A DNA stretch of 64,000 nt, from positions 300,576,001 through 300,640,000 of the forward strand of contig OZ024743.1 of NCBI GenBank assembly GCA_964016885.1, in the 5' to 3' direction. Below the pieces are notes generated by a model that made no database searches, had not been told where the DNA came from, and was given only the letters and a program-made list of their open reading frames with translations. A program made the translations under genes and the position numbers. Numbering within the stretch: the stretch's first letter is position 1; every line of letters begins with the position of its first letter. Origin of the DNA: Eledone cirrhosa (Eukaryota). Of the stretch, positions 28,960 to 46,381 are shown one piece after another.

Positions 28960-29310
28960 TATATATATATATATATAAAGATATATATGTATATGTATAT
29001 ATCGGTGTCGAGTTTGGTCAACATGGTTTCTTGGTGATGGTTAAAAGGGCTTGGTAGTTGCTACAACGTATGTTCAACCCGGGTTCAATCGGGTGTCACA
29101 TTGTACGTAAGTTACTGTACTTAAAATATCCAATGAAGAAATAACTTCTTCAGGTCAACTACTGTTACATACAAAGAAAATCATTCATGATTTTCTTCGA
29201 ATGAAACATTTCTCGTTCTGTAGAAGCCATTCTATACTAAACCTTATACATATATATATTAGCATCCATATACTGTACCGATTGTGTTGTTATTTCTGTT
29301 TAGATTTTAC

Positions 29311-29345
<35 letters not shown>

Positions 29346-29691
29346 CGTGTGTATTACATTATAACAATATGACCCTGCTCAAATATAACAATATTTGTTT
29401 CAACACACGATTTCATATCAAAAAGCTTTGCAAAATAAATGTATATATCATTTATTTTGTTTTGACCTGTTTAGCTTGATTTGCTTTTTGGCTTAGGTGG
29501 TTGATGCTTTCTTGACCACTATTTCAGTTTTGTATGGCGTCTTAACATATTGTTTAGCTCTGGTTTTTTACCTATGGAGCGCTTGCCAGCATTATTTCTG
29601 ATTTTTGCGTTTCGTTTCGCCTTTTCTACCCGCCGAAATGCGATTCTCGCTAAATCTCTCTCTCTCTCTATATATATATATATGTATATAT

Positions 29692-29780
<89 letters not shown>

Positions 29781-31199
29781 TGGTTCATAAGTGGCTGTAT
29801 TGGACGGGCTTAATCATTTTGTGGTGAGGGTTGTTCAGGAACGGGTCAGGAGAGTATGTCATTCTGGTAGATTTGGGATTAGCTACTTCATGATTAGCAG
29901 CGGCAATAATAACGATATCATTACATTCACGGTACTGTTTATAGAGCCAGGAAACACTTCACCAAATAAGGGAAGCAGTATCAACTTTACAAAGAAGAGC
30001 ACCCACTGCCACTATCAATGCGCTTGCCTCGATGGTATTAACAGCTACGAACAAGACATTATTGCTAGTTGTATAAATACTAGTGCCGTTGATATAAATA
30101 AATAGATTACACACTTGTCGTGTTCTTCCTGGAAATGAAGATGAATGTACTTTTCTTCTCATGAAGGACCATGAAAAGAATAACAGCCTGTTACGTAGAG
30201 TAATTTAAATTTACAACGCATGTGATATAAACTGTGGTTAAACCTACTTTAAAATTATATCTTTTTAAAAAAATAAACACCAAGGTTTCCGTGTGTATAT
30301 ATACACATACATTTTTGTATGTGTGCTTCTCTGTCTGTATCTGCGTGTGTATGTCTGTGCGTATGTGCGTGTATATATATATGCTTCTAATCATTGCGTC
30401 ATTAAAATCTTGCTGACAGCATGTCTGCCTTTAGACATTTGTGCCAATATGTTGTTCATAAATATTTCATCGGAGAAAGTATATTTTCAAATATGGTCTC
30501 CCGTATATCGATTTAATGTTAAAACTCAATATACATTATGGAAGATTTAGGAATTTCACTTTGATCTGTATTGATTAAAAAATTATAAGAGCAGCCTATA
30601 ACCACTATCTTTATTTTTCTCTCATTACACAACAGCGGCTCCAGGCTCATACTTATCAGCTTCATACTTCTCTCCAGTCTCCTCGTCATTATCATAACCC
30701 CAATCATACTAAGTATAACATTTTATCAGTTAGTCATCATCATCGTCATCATCATCATAACCATTTTTCTCACCATCATCATCATTGTAATCATCATATT
30801 TTAATGATCCTTGACATCATCGGCTTTATTAACAAATCTCATGGAAATAATTATCACTCTAAGTTACATTTAACTCAAGCAGTGCACAGAAACTGGTTCC
30901 TCGATTTGATAAGTGTTAAATTTGTTCAAGCCAGAGAAGTGTCTCCTCGATCAATTATAGTGCAAATGACAGGGTATTTCTAAATGTGTAATACTTAATT
31001 AAATGTTGAGCGAGAATCTGTGTTATGAATTGTTTATAGGAATGTGCTTTAAAGATCAGGTTCCACGTATGATCTTGCCAAAGATGTGTTAGAAAACTGG
31101 TCGCAGGTGATTGATAGCAGTACCGACATCAGTTCATTTCGATGTAAACTAGCCCCTGCTAGACAAATAAGCAACCGTGAAGCAAGAGTGCTAAATTAC

Positions 31200-33975
31200 T
31201 AGGGGAGATGGAGTAAAGGAGACATTGTTAGTTTCAAAGAAAACTTTTGAAACTAAGGGATGTATCTACAAATAGGCGAATATCAGCTACCTCGAGTGAT
31301 TCGTGGGTCTGACGGAAAAAAATTCAATCCGGTGGTTGGAGCGAAGAAGGCCACCAACAATTACGATAGGTTTAGATGCAATAACATCATTCATATCGCA
31401 TTTAACTTCGCAAGATGTAAGAAAGGGACGCGCAGAATTTAGGTAGAGGGAACTGTTTGAAAAATAATTTGCAATCTACATCCAACGTTGTAACAGCTGG
31501 GGATGGGCCTGTGGTTTATCATTGGAGGCGTGGCATGGGTGCACAAAAGTGACATAGATACTCACATGTCACCTGCAGTCAGAATGTGTTATGGATTAAT
31601 TCATTGGGAGTGAAGCTATACCGAATGCAGCTTTGGTTGAACGTGTGATATCTGTGAGCGTTGCAGGTTTATGCACCAAACAAATTGTCTGAATAAAGGT
31701 CCTTCCTTGATGCAGTCACTGCAGTGTTACACATAATTATGACTGAGTATATTTCCTAATTCAAAAGGCGTGATGACCCTAATTAACTAATAAAGGAAAC
31801 CAGGGATATGAAGGAGCGGCGGTCCAGATCCGATTGGAATGGCCTTAGAATTCTCTTTTAACAATGGGCTGTGTATTGTGAACACATTTTTTCCAGGACA
31901 AAAATGTCATAAATACACATGGTCCAAGTGCTACAGGGGTCATGGATCAATAATTGATTTTTGCATTGTCACTGGACACTTGGAGTGTGTGCTGGATGTT
32001 CGTGTTAAGAGAGGGGCAGCTGCCAACTAATCCCCTTTCTAGATATCTGCATCCTGAAACTACCTAAAGCCATTGAAATCCACACACCAGGCAGGTTTAG
32101 CTCAAACTACAGAATAAAGTGCTAAGTGAAGGTGGATAAGGATCTTAGGACCAAGTTAACGGATATATATTTATTCAAATTCAGAGAACTCCGTGAAGAA
32201 ACTGAGGGGAGAATGTCTAGCTCAGCACTTGCTGCTTTGGTTGAAGAGAAGGCTGCAGACGAGGGCGGCTTGGTGTGGCGCCAGGTAGCATAAGGACGGA
32301 TTGGTTCAGTCAGACGGTTCAAGTTGACATCCACGCAAAGCAGGAGCCTTACACATTTTGGCCTGGAAAAAACGCCCTACTCTTTGCATATGAAGGAAAA
32401 ACACGTGAAAGGTTGCAACAGAGTCACTAAAGTTTTCCAACGTGAAGACACAGCACAACTCTTGTAGTTAATCTGGTATCCGGCTTGATTTCAGCATATA
32501 AAATATTCTCGCATTCCATCCGACGACCTCATAACTAGGCTCCCCAAGTTGCTAAGACAAACAGGCCTGCGACTCTCTCTCTTCAGTGAGATTCATATTC
32601 GCGACGTGGAGCGAATATTTTGCCGATCCCTAAATTCTGTCAAAACAATATATTCTGATGTATAAAATGTGCAGCTGGGAACGTTGAATAACATCTTCGA
32701 GGCTGAGATCACCCGAGCAATTAAAGAAATGAGGCCAGGAACTCTGGAAAGGAAAATAAGCAATGGCAATCGTGTGAATTTTATAAACGGAAGACAAGAC
32801 ATGTAATTATAGAAAAATCGCGGTGAAGTCTATTCAAAGTAACCGGGAAAGCGCTGTAGGGAGATTGTCGTGACGGAACTAGCTGACGAACAATGAGATT
32901 TTCCCAACGATAGCAGCACAGCAAACAACATATACACACGGCGACAGGGTTTTAAGGGATTGCGTCAGTATTGCCAAGAGGTCTATCATTGTTTTGTAGA
33001 CCTCGAAATGGTATACGACTGGTATTCTATGAGATTTGCTGTGGAACGTTCTGCAAGAGAGCTTTTCTTGCCCTAGATATTGTGTTCGGATAAATGATGC
33101 TAAGTCGAAGTCATTCACCGTTAGTATCGTACCGTCATCTCTTCTGTTCTCAATTTCATGAAAAGGTTTGACATGCACAGTTGGGTGAGAAAGGATATCA
33201 AGTCTGGTGGGTTTATCATCTCTCGTCTGGAATTTGCAGATGAGATGCGCATTATAGGATTATTATTGCCGAGTGCTGCACGACATGAATTAAAATCAGT
33301 GCCGCGAAGACTGAGACACTCATCTTCTGATGCATGCTTGCGCAGTGCATGCTTTATATCAGTGGTGTTTCACTGAGACCGAGATAGAAGTTCAATTATC
33401 ATTTGTCAGTGTTTCACTAGTGATAGAATGTAGCTGAATTAAATGAAAGATATGTAGGATATGCTGCAGTGATTAGCCCGTTTCAACATTTAGTCTTGGG
33501 TAATTACCAAAATAATATGATCGCGAATAAATGCGGGCGAAATAGTATTCCTTCGAAGGTTGTGTGGTGAAATGCTACTCGATAGACTGTGCAACTTCGT
33601 GAACAGGGATATGCTTTTAGTAGAGGTGCTAGATCTCCGATGCCATGAAAGATTTCAGTATGTCTACGGAAATAATCGTTTGGCAGATTTTACAGGGAAA
33701 ACTAATCGGCAGATAACATAGGAGTAAATTTAACTGGGCCCTCTGACAATACATCCGGACCAATTGGCTACAGTTGCTTCTGAAGAAGAAGAAGAAGAAG
33801 AAGAAGAAGAAGAAGAAGAAGAAGAAGAAGAAGAAGAAGAAGAAGAAGAAGAAGAAGAAGAAGAAGAAGAAGAAGAAGAAGAAGAAGAAGAAGAAGAAGA
33901 AGAAGAAGAAGAAGAAGAAGAAGAAGAAGAAGAAGAAGAAGAAGAAGAAGAAGAAGAAGACGACGACGACGACGA
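31200..33975 (+). mobile_element. Highly degenerate RTE-clade LINE (Expander/Rex3-like) ending in a (GAA)n tail
   Basis: LCIVNTFF...HKYTW...SIIDF...VLDVRVKRGA (APE), FVDLEMVYD (FVDLEKAYD-like, ~32992) and LEFADE (LFADD-like, ~33227). (GAA)n at 33782-33960. Confidence 0.78.
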
Positions 33976-36900
33976 CGTTTATCCACTTATTCGAAAATCA
34001 TCCAATTATTCACAAGTATCGTCATGTTCAATTGCGGCTATAAAATACAAAGTTACCCAATATTTAACGAAAAGAAATAAAAGGCATGATCACATAATTG
34101 TGAAGCGTACTTTTTAGACAGTCAATATTATTGCATTTATATTATTAAATCTTGTTTCACTCCCTGAGTAATACAGTAATTGTTAGGTGCTATCTTGTGC
34201 ACTTGATCTCATTAAGTAATTACTGAAATCATATCTTTACTAAGATGCAACGCAATATGTTAAAGAAAAAACAAAACAATATGAATTCTTATGAACGTGA
34301 AAATTATTGATCATTTACTTGCGTCTCTATGACTTCTATACAAATTTTAACAGTCGCCACTTTTAAAATGTACTTTTATATATTAGTATTTCTCTATGCA
34401 GTTTATTGCAGGTTATAATCATTAGAATATATGATTTGGCCCTAAATATTCTGAGGTCATATCTTGCTGAGTTACAATTGACTTTCAGTTAAGAGGTGAA
34501 GCAAGGTAAAACTAATTTTCATTCAACGTACGGGAAGTAAATCACATTGAAATATTAAAGAAATGAGTTTCGTAATTCTTTTTACTCTTAAGTATTACAA
34601 TCCTGTCTAAATTCCCGTATAATGTATTAGTTATATTACTCAACCTAATCATAACGTATTTTAATAGAACATGCTTTTGTTTTCTTCATCAATTTGAAAA
34701 GAATAATTATCTCTATATTAATGAAGTTCAGGTATTATATTATGAAATTTATCTCACCTTACACTTGCCGATACTGAGAAAATAATGAAACACAGGGGGC
34801 ATTTGAAAGCATGACATTTAAAAATGTACAGTAATGTGCGATTATACTGGGATAAAGTCGTAAGTGAGGAATTAATATTTGTAATTCCGAATAAAATATA
34901 AAATTTGAGAAATAATTTACTACGCAGGAGAAACTATGTGATTTAGAATTGTAATGTGTAAAACAGAGCAGGTCTGTCGTTTATAGCATTGTTACAATGG
35001 GTATATAATTGTAGGAATATGGAGCTGAGGCTGTCTATATGGAGATTGTTGTTGTGTTTAAAGTTTCTGAGTGGCTTAGTTACATTTAGGGGAAAAGCTT
35101 GCTGAGGTGTAGTTACAATGAATAGTAGCAGCATATAATCTTTGAAATATTGCAATTATGTGTGTTCTTGTAACCTGTGCATATTCTACGACGAAATATG
35201 TGTGAGTGTGTATTTGTGTGCTTAATGTAATGATACTGACAACAGATTGATACAATACCGTTATTCAGACAATGCAATTGAAGATAAAATCGTATCCTGA
35301 CATTCAACGGTTGGAATTTTCGGTGAGTTGATCAATCATAAGGATGGATTTGTGTTTCAATGCAGTCTACCGTGAATACAAACATTACTGAGACTTTCGG
35401 TTATGTCGATAATATTACTATCAAAATGTGGTCTCTGGATGCCAGGAAATCTTGTATAGACCATACAATTAATCTGAAGATATGTAATATAGCTAATATG
35501 TTTCTTACATCACTATGAGTTGTGTGAATTCCATGAGCCTGTTCTTTACACTGCACTGCCGTTTGGTCGACATTTGGCATGTGAAGTGTCTATTTTCGAT
35601 ATTTTAATTATTCTATGACTAAACGCCTATATAACATAGAATATTGTATATTTCAATCAATATCCCTGCAACAGTCTTACTGTAAAATTCTCTGTTTCGT
35701 CATTAAAATTTAAAACTGGCGGAAATTGCATATGACTTGCAAATATTTAAACGTAATTCCAGCTGAATATTACAAAATATTGAAACATTTCTCAATATTT
35801 CTGAAACAAAAATAAACTATGTACAGATATCTCCGAAGGATTTAATAATACTGTAAACTATTTCATACACATACATAATCTACGTCAATGATATAGAATT
35901 GAGGATCTGGAAAATTTCAAACATAGTGTAATTTTAAAATATATTCATTTAATATTGACAAGAAAAACAAAAAAAAAAAACATCTTATAATAGATATATA
36001 CTCTCCCATCACATGACCACATAAATCCATATATTTAAACATAAAATACAATGATCATGATTCAATATTACAACATTCTTCTATGTTTGTTTTGAAATAG
36101 CTTCTACATATTATTCTACCCTAAAACCTCTTTTATTTCGTAATTACCTCCGTATTGTTGCGGAATAAAATAGGCTATAGACATGCATTTATGTCTAAAT
36201 GCCTAACAAGACTTATTTCATTAAATATATGTTCATATTTTAAATATTGTTTGTATTAAAAATTATATATAATTTATCTATCTACTGTGTTCACTAAAAT
36301 TTACAATAGACATCACCTACGGTGTACACAAATGAACTTGCATTTATCATACCGATCATATTTAACACAATTGTAATAAAGAAATACGTAAGTAAGTAAA
36401 TAATATATATATTATGTTGCAGGTTTCAACAAGAACTATGTTATAGAGTGATTTTCTTGCGTTTACGTAGTGTTGGTAGAAAACCATGCTGAATATTCGT
36501 CAGTGCAATCTTGTCTGATAGAGTATGACACATTTTTTCTTTCATACTAAGAATAGGTTACGCGTCATCTTATACATTTCGTACGAATATTGTTATATTT
36601 AACAACGGGTAAACAAACATAAAATATGAACAATATATCCAAAATTAACATCAATTGCTGTTTACTGTTTACACGTGGTAGAACTCATATTAGTTACACT
36701 ACGAAATTAAGGTTGTAAAAGTGTGCGATATTGCTCTTTTCTAACATTTTAATATATTTCCATTTCAATAATACGACGCACTTCTCTAAGCACACATGAT
36801 CAAATTATGCAGATTGCTATACTTACACACGCAGAGACATAACATTACAATAGAAAACATAATCTATTTAGGGTACCTTAAAGCTATGTTTTTGATAATG

Positions 36901-37749
36901 TTTCTACAAAAAAATATCAAACATGCATACACTTGCAGCAAATGTGATCATGTGTGTAATAACACGTTGTTTACTATTTACAAGCAAGAATGAATGTATG
37001 GAACACATTGTTTAAACGATATTTGTTACTGATATATATTTTAGTAACTTACTCGATTGCACCAATCCCAATAATTTTTAGGGACTTTTGTTGGTGGGAT
37101 GCGGAATATTGATTTTGTCAACACTGCGAATTCAGAGGTGCTGTATCAAAAATACTGTATTTTTTTTAATCCCTCATGCAGCCATGAAATAATGAGTCTG
37201 CTGCATAACACAGACTGGACAGAATAAAACAAAAGTATTTAGTATTTTTTGAAGTTCAAAGTTCAAATATTGAATAGGTCGAATTTGGGCCTTCATTGTT
37301 TTGGTGTTTACGAAATAAGTATTAGTCAGGAAATGAGATATAAAAAAGAAAATTCTAAGGAAATTGTGGCTCTATCCACGAAACTATTTAATTTCTTTTG
37401 TCTTTCTAGTAAAAAATATTAGGAACTTGGTAGGTGTGAATTAACCCTTTGTGTCAAAGCATATTCCATTAATTGTCATTAGCATATGAATTATTTTACT
37501 GCAGCAGACCCCAACTAATGACCAGATGTTGTTCCATTGACCTGCTTGTAAGGCAAAACGGTCAGTAAATGAATTCTTCACTTAACATCTAACGTTTGTA
37601 TGTGAGTGTGTACATGAATAGTGTTCTAAATATTTGGTGTGGTAAATAAATATACACAATTACATGAGGTCCGGACACAATGGAACCAAACTCCCACTGT
37701 CACTGCCTCCGTCTTTCCCGCTCTCCCCATCTCTCACTATTATAAGCAA

Positions 37750-37870
37750 ATGTGGGCCCAAGCACTGGGCGCCAAGCAGCACCGGCGGACAGAATAGAGA
37801 AAGCGTTTTCCCGGAGCATGGTGAGGGAGATGCGTTAGAAGAGCCATTCCAGCTCGCTAGGCTCGTGTTA
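37750..37870 (-). mobile_element. 3' fragment of a CRE/NeSL-like (restriction-like endonuclease) non-LTR element
   Basis: ELEWLF*RISLTMLRENAFSIL matches the QRISIAIQRGNA-type C-terminus. Related to 41565-41775. Confidence 0.55.
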
Positions 37871-38512
37871 CAGCGATGTTCAGTAGTACATTCATAATTT
37901 GGTATCACTGTGAATCGGAAATATCAAATAAAACCACGCTAGCTAATGTTTGAAAGCAACTTACAAAACAATTTTCATGTGATTTTGATAACTGGATTAT
38001 TTATTTTGTAGACGTAACATACAAATATAACCGATGTTATGTACTATTCTAATTTATTTCATTTCCTGTTTGTTTGATCACCAAACCAGTCGTCAGGTTT
38101 TATCTATTTATATTGCTACACAATCCAGACCTTACTTCCCTCACACTCTCCCTTCTTTCTTTTCCTATGCCCCCATAAATCACTCACTTACATACGCGAG
38201 CACTCTTTATTACTATCTCTCCAGTCATTATTTATCTCTTTTTCTCTATATTACATTGGATTATTCAATAATATCTGTTGACTGTAATTTACACTGACCC
38301 TTTTCGTTTCCAATAAACATATCATAGCTCAATGGGCTATATTTTAAATTCTATTTCCTCTGGAAATTATCTTATCTAGATTACGTTCCATGAAAGGCGT
38401 GTTTCCAATCAGAAATAAATCATTGCTCTTTATAAAATCAATTGTTTAAATTAGATAGCCGACTCTGTTGGCAGTTTTATCTGTAACAGTGCGAAGAGTA
38501 TACATTTTTCGA

Positions 38513-38700
38513 AATAATTGTTTCTACTTTTTGGCACAAGGCCAGTAATTAACCAGTACATTCCTGGTACTTTATTGTATCGACCCCGTAAGGATGAAAG
38601 GCAAAGTTAACCTCGGCGGGATTTGAACTCAAAATGGCAAGGGCCGTAACTCTATGCATCAAAGCATGGCGTCCGACGCCTCTACCGATACTGCCAATCC
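38513..38700 (-). mobile_element. tRNA-derived SINE
   Basis: Full-length reverse complement of the copy at 10281-10469. Confidence 0.88.
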
Positions 38701-39190
38701 ACAATGAATGACAATAGTATACGTTTTCTCCCGTCTAAAGTGTTGGTTTTTGCGTTTAGATTATATTTTCCAAAGACAAACTAACGAAACCAATTCGAAA
38801 AGTAGTTATTTTAGTAAATGTCGTCATCAGTGGTTAATATCTACGTATATCCAATTATTTATCACTATTTAGTTTCATTACTCATTTGCCTATGTTGGCG
38901 CTTAATCGAATGAACTCTAATGGCATTCACACTTTAGTAAATTAGCTGAAATCCTGTGAGACTTAGTGTTTTGCTTTTGATCTTTCTCAGATTGATATAC
39001 TAAGTAGTATATCATATGTTTAAATTTACAATGTATCAGCCAACTGATATAGAGTATGGTTACATACGTTTCATTTCCTGTATATATGTATTTTACAGAG
39101 TTATCATCCAAAGTATTCGTTAGGGAGTGCAACTAATGGAAGAGATACAGACAGTGGATAATGCAATTTCAATTGACTATCAGTCGCTAT

Positions 39191-41458
<2,268 letters not shown>

Positions 41459-41564
41459 TTTGAAACTGGTTAGACAATTACTCAACATAGTACTCGATAC
41501 ATGGGCTAGCAGTGTATTGTTATATTATGTACTAGCCGACGCACCCAGCTTCGCCCGGGTACAA

Positions 41565-41775
41565 ATGGGGTCCCACGTGCTGGCCACCCCACAGACTCGG
41601 CGGACAGGATGGAGAAGGCTTTTCCCGGAGGATAGTAAGAGAGATGCGATGGAAGAGCCATTCCAACTCGTGAGAGTTACACATATGGCTGGGTAGCTCA
41701 GCGCCTATGGTGGTGAATAGTGAGGTCAAACTAGGGCGAAGGACACCAGAAGTCTCCACTGCCAAGGGCACGACC
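41565..41775 (-). mobile_element. 3' fragment of a CRE/NeSL-like non-LTR element
   Basis: PLAVETSGVL...IG...ELEWLFHRISLTILRE fits the PxAxETxG...QRISIAIQRGN end of REL-endonuclease ORFs. Confidence 0.65.
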
Positions 41776-41947
41776 GTGAACCAGTCCGAGAGAAATTGGT
41801 ATATTGTTTTATTCCAAATGAAAATAAAAAATATATGGTGTTACTCCCGTGGTTTAATACTATTATCTTGTAAAATTTGATTTGGTCGAGCCATCTGGGA
41901 ATGCATAGGGAAAAGACACACATACAGTACAGACAGAGACAAATAAT

Positions 41948-42010
<63 letters not shown>

Positions 42011-44188
42011 TATTTCACTACACCTTATTTAGTATGCAAACATTGATAACTCCACTGATACTCAACAAAGATCAGTTTATTTACTTTGATATATATAATA
42101 GCTGAAAAACACAACGATTTATGTAACACATAAAACATTTCCGTAGGACATAATTTTACATGTCTTAAAACTAGCAAAACGAATTTATTTTAAAGTAATT
42201 CTAATGTGATATTGGCATGTATGAAATGAGTTAATATGGAAAATTTTCAAAAAATAAGTTTTCAATGTTTACACGTTAACAAATTGTTTTTTTCTCGTTT
42301 TCCCATTGTTTTGTCGTTGTCTTGTCATCTCTTTCTTAATGTTATGATTATTATTACTAATCTTTGACTTACGCGTTTTCTTTTCTTCACACATTAATCT
42401 TTACATTTAATACGATATCTTGCGTTCTTATTTTGTCTTTTTCCTTCCTATTTTCGTTTAACATCCTTTCTTTTTCTTTGTCTCTCGAGACGCTCGAACT
42501 ATAAATATTACAATACCTTCTCCGTGACGTCCCATAAATCTAGAGGTGTACATGCTATAGCTTAATAGCTATATGCTATTCTCTTTTCTCTTACTCCTTG
42601 GACAGCACGTTAGTTTGTGTCAGACGATAAGACGCCAGATGAACCAGCAGCATCGTTGATTTCTAGAATCCTATGATTTTTAATGAGACATACCTGCTAC
42701 AAATTAATATATTATAAGGGATTCTGAGCTAGAATCCTCAAAAAGAGTGCACAGGGAACCTAGACATATTGCGTTAAAATACTATATTATCGAATGTATG
42801 TTCAATCTTTTATGAGTTCGAGACCAAATATTTAAAGAATATTTCGCTGGTTATATCAAGCAATCTCCTAGACGTTTCCACTTTAGTTCAGTGATCATTC
42901 TGCAGAATTGATGTTTTTAAGCTCCAGATTAGCTCTGACTTGAGTTATCTAACACACCGTAGCTGTGATTATATTATCTTTTTTTGTATATGATGTGTAT
43001 TCAAGATTATTCTTTTTAATGAATATAGGTAAATTGAAGCGTTATAGCTGATATTTCTGGCAGGTTCTCTTACAACACATAGGTTTCTTCATCGTTCTGT
43101 TAAACTCATTAGGTTGCGCGTCTAATCATTTTGCTTTGAATGTAAGTGGTCCCTGTCATATATGTGTTTGTGTATCTGATCTGCCTTATATCGTTGCGAT
43201 GTCGCCTGACGCCTATTTACTGTTTGTGTGTATGTGTTTTTTATGCGAGCGTATTCTTTGATACATGTGTCACTGTATCTATGCAATATTTCTATGGGTT
43301 TGTATGTATGTCTATGGAAATGCTTGCGAACATGTAATGTCGGCACTCATTTTCCTCTTTGAATTATTTAATAAATGAAACGGTTCCCAATTTATGTTTC
43401 AGTCCAAGGAATGTACTATGCATTACATGAGTCGACAGGTCTTGTACTTAAATCTAAGTCAAAATACTTCTGCGACACAAATGGATCATTTTGTTAAATT
43501 CTCTGAGCACACAACCAACAACACACATGTCAGGTTTATTGTTATATTGTTTTCGTCAGGGTAAAATACTTTGTTTTTGATCTTTGGCTAGGATCGATAA
43601 AATAATTAATATAACTACATTTGACAAATACAATCGAATATCGAATACATGAAAGCTTCTATAAAAAAAAGTGGTTATTTAGCTAAACCAATAGAAATAA
43701 TTATGATCAGAAGCTTCAACACGTATTGATATTTATTTTTCCTTTTTTGGCAACGTGATTCTAAGATCCATGAAACGATAAAAGTGAATCAAATGCGTAA
43801 CAAATATGCTGCGACGTCTCTTGCCAGCATTGCATCTACGTACCCTTTTTAACTTGACAGAAATCTACAAAAACACAAACATCAACAAATGTAACGAGAA
43901 CAAATATTTTTGTAAAAGTGGCAATCCCTATGTGGTTGAACGTCTGATTAGAAATTCCCTCATCAATTCCCCGGAATCGCAGCATGCCTCATAAAATAGA
44001 ATGCTGATTGATACAAAAGTACAATATCAAGTGTTTAATTATTACAATTCAAAGATATTTCTTTGCTTGTAATTCGATAGGAATACCAAGAATAAATGCA
44101 ACCGAACAACCGCGGCCCAACAATTAAAATAAAATCTGCTAAATCTAAACGTGAGCGCGAGTAGAATACATACATACATACCCCCCCC

Positions 44189-44257
<69 letters not shown>

Positions 44258-44316
44258 CGTATAATACGGTTTTAGGAAGCCGTAGCTATGCAAACACCGA
44301 GGGGCTAAAGCCCTCT

Positions 44317-44603
44317 GGTGATGTCCAGCAGAAGCAAGGGGCACAACTGTCTATGCATTTCAGGCTTAACTGGCCTTCGTCGGGACGGTCCCTCCCACCA
44401 CTTGCACTGCTGGACTAGAAGACAGGTGAGAATATATACTTTTCTCGTGTGGGTAAATGAGGTGATTAATCTCAAATGCATATGAAGCTGCATAACTTGG
44501 CTCAACTGATAATAAAACAAGAAATAGGATTTCGCTTCAAGCATAGCTTTATACAATATGTATAAATATTTCGTATCCCCCTTGCTTCTGCTGGACATCA
44601 CCA
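44317..44603. repeat. 26-bp perfect inverted repeat
   Basis: TGGTGATGTCCAGCAGAAGCAAGGGG (44317-44342) and its reverse complement (44578-44603). Confidence 0.8.
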
Positions 44604-45037
44604 TAGGGTCTTAAAATCACTATTTTCCATGTCAGGTGGTCAGTGGCAGCATTTGCATTGAAGTCTTCAATTAGGATATATTACTCAGAATGAAGTACAT
44701 CTAATGCGTCAGTGACTTCATCAAGAAAGGATCTGTATCCAAACTCCCTGCATTCTGCATATAATTGCACCACCAACAGATAGAATTTTGTTTCAGCCTA
44801 AGTTGCAAGATATAATAGTCACACCCAACGGGATCCAGTCTATAACACATCCCGATAGCAGGTGACTTGTGATTATCCTCACTCCCACCTATCCCCTCAT
44901 TTCTGACATAAAACCTGAAAAATGGAGTCTCCATCATCCCTCAAAATGTACAGTACCTGAGCCACGGAACTTTGTTGAAGGAAACTCGCTATATCTTTCC
45001 AGTAGGATCTGACCTCCGCCATTATGCATGTATGTAT

Positions 45038-45204
<167 letters not shown>

Positions 45205-45659
45205 ATTTTCATCAGTACGCATTCGGTACAGAAGCAACTGACATTGCGTAGCAAATTTACCTATTATCATAAACGCCAAAATAGGAAAATGTCTATTCCA
45301 CTATCAGTTGTTCTATTAAAGAGAGGAGTTATATCATCCGTCCCTTTAGTGATAGATTTTCTGTTACCATTGAGATTATATACGTATTGACTGATGAGAA
45401 TCCGGAAAATTCGAAAAGCGATTCCACATATTTATCATTATATATTGAATTTTGTGTTTAATTCATGGGAAAATACGAGCAATTTAACATGCTTACTCGT
45501 CTCTATATAATCTATGTGTAGAATTATAAAGATATTTATGCAATCATGTATTTTTCTCTGCTGTATATATACATTGCACAAACACACACACGCATATAGA
45601 CACACACACAAACACGCACACATACATACACACATACACGCACACGTACACACACACGC

Positions 45660-45732
<73 letters not shown>

Positions 45733-46381
45733 TGCATACATAATGTATTTATTGCAATTGATGCTGCAATGTTTTATTATCGAGGTAATAACTAAGAATA
45801 CATAAAAAGGTCGCTGACTGTGAGGAAAACAATGTCTCTATGTCTAAATATAGTTTTTATGTGAGTACGCAGTGAGCGAAGGTGATATATTGACTAATAG
45901 ATATTGTGATCACTTTTTAGTCATAAATTAGTGTTCTTCTCCATTATTAAATATCTCTGAAATCATACGTCTACCTTTGCGTCAATCTTTTTCCTCCATA
46001 ACAGTCATTATCACACTATGTTTTTATATAACTATGACAAGCATATATGACTGACTTTCACACGTTCAATTTATCTATCTATCTCAGATAAATGCGGTTA
46101 GTATCGTTATTTATAATTCATTGCGATGAATGTTGAGAAGGATAATGGAGGTGGGGAATAGATGGTAGGATGGTGATACTTAGGGGGAAAAGGTGTTTTA
46201 GAAAACAATGGAGAAAAGGGAAGAAGAAGAAGAAGAAGAAGAAGAAGAAGAAGAAGAAGAAGAAGAAGAAGAAGAAGAAGAAGAAGAAGATAAATAATGG
46301 AGCAATAGGAATATGTGGGGTTCTAGGAGGAGGGATAGAGAAGAATATTGATAAAACCTTTATTATAGCATCCATTTAAAC

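Noticed and set aside
29791-30190. Possible host exon (104-aa ORF, moderate GC)
   Set aside because: No recognisable domain or convincing splice context, and the other frames contain stops.
33764-34117. Poly-E/K/L ORFs
   Set aside because: They are the (GAA)n tail of the RTE element. The poly-K/F ORFs at 46220-46289 are likewise just a (GAA)n tract.
34000-37600. Long unique AT-rich stretch
   Set aside because: No ORF, repeat or structure could be supported; ordinary intronic or intergenic DNA.
44310-44612. Possible hammerhead (CTGGTGA...GAAA) in the 26-bp inverted repeat
   Set aside because: No stem I, and the core halves are split between copies.
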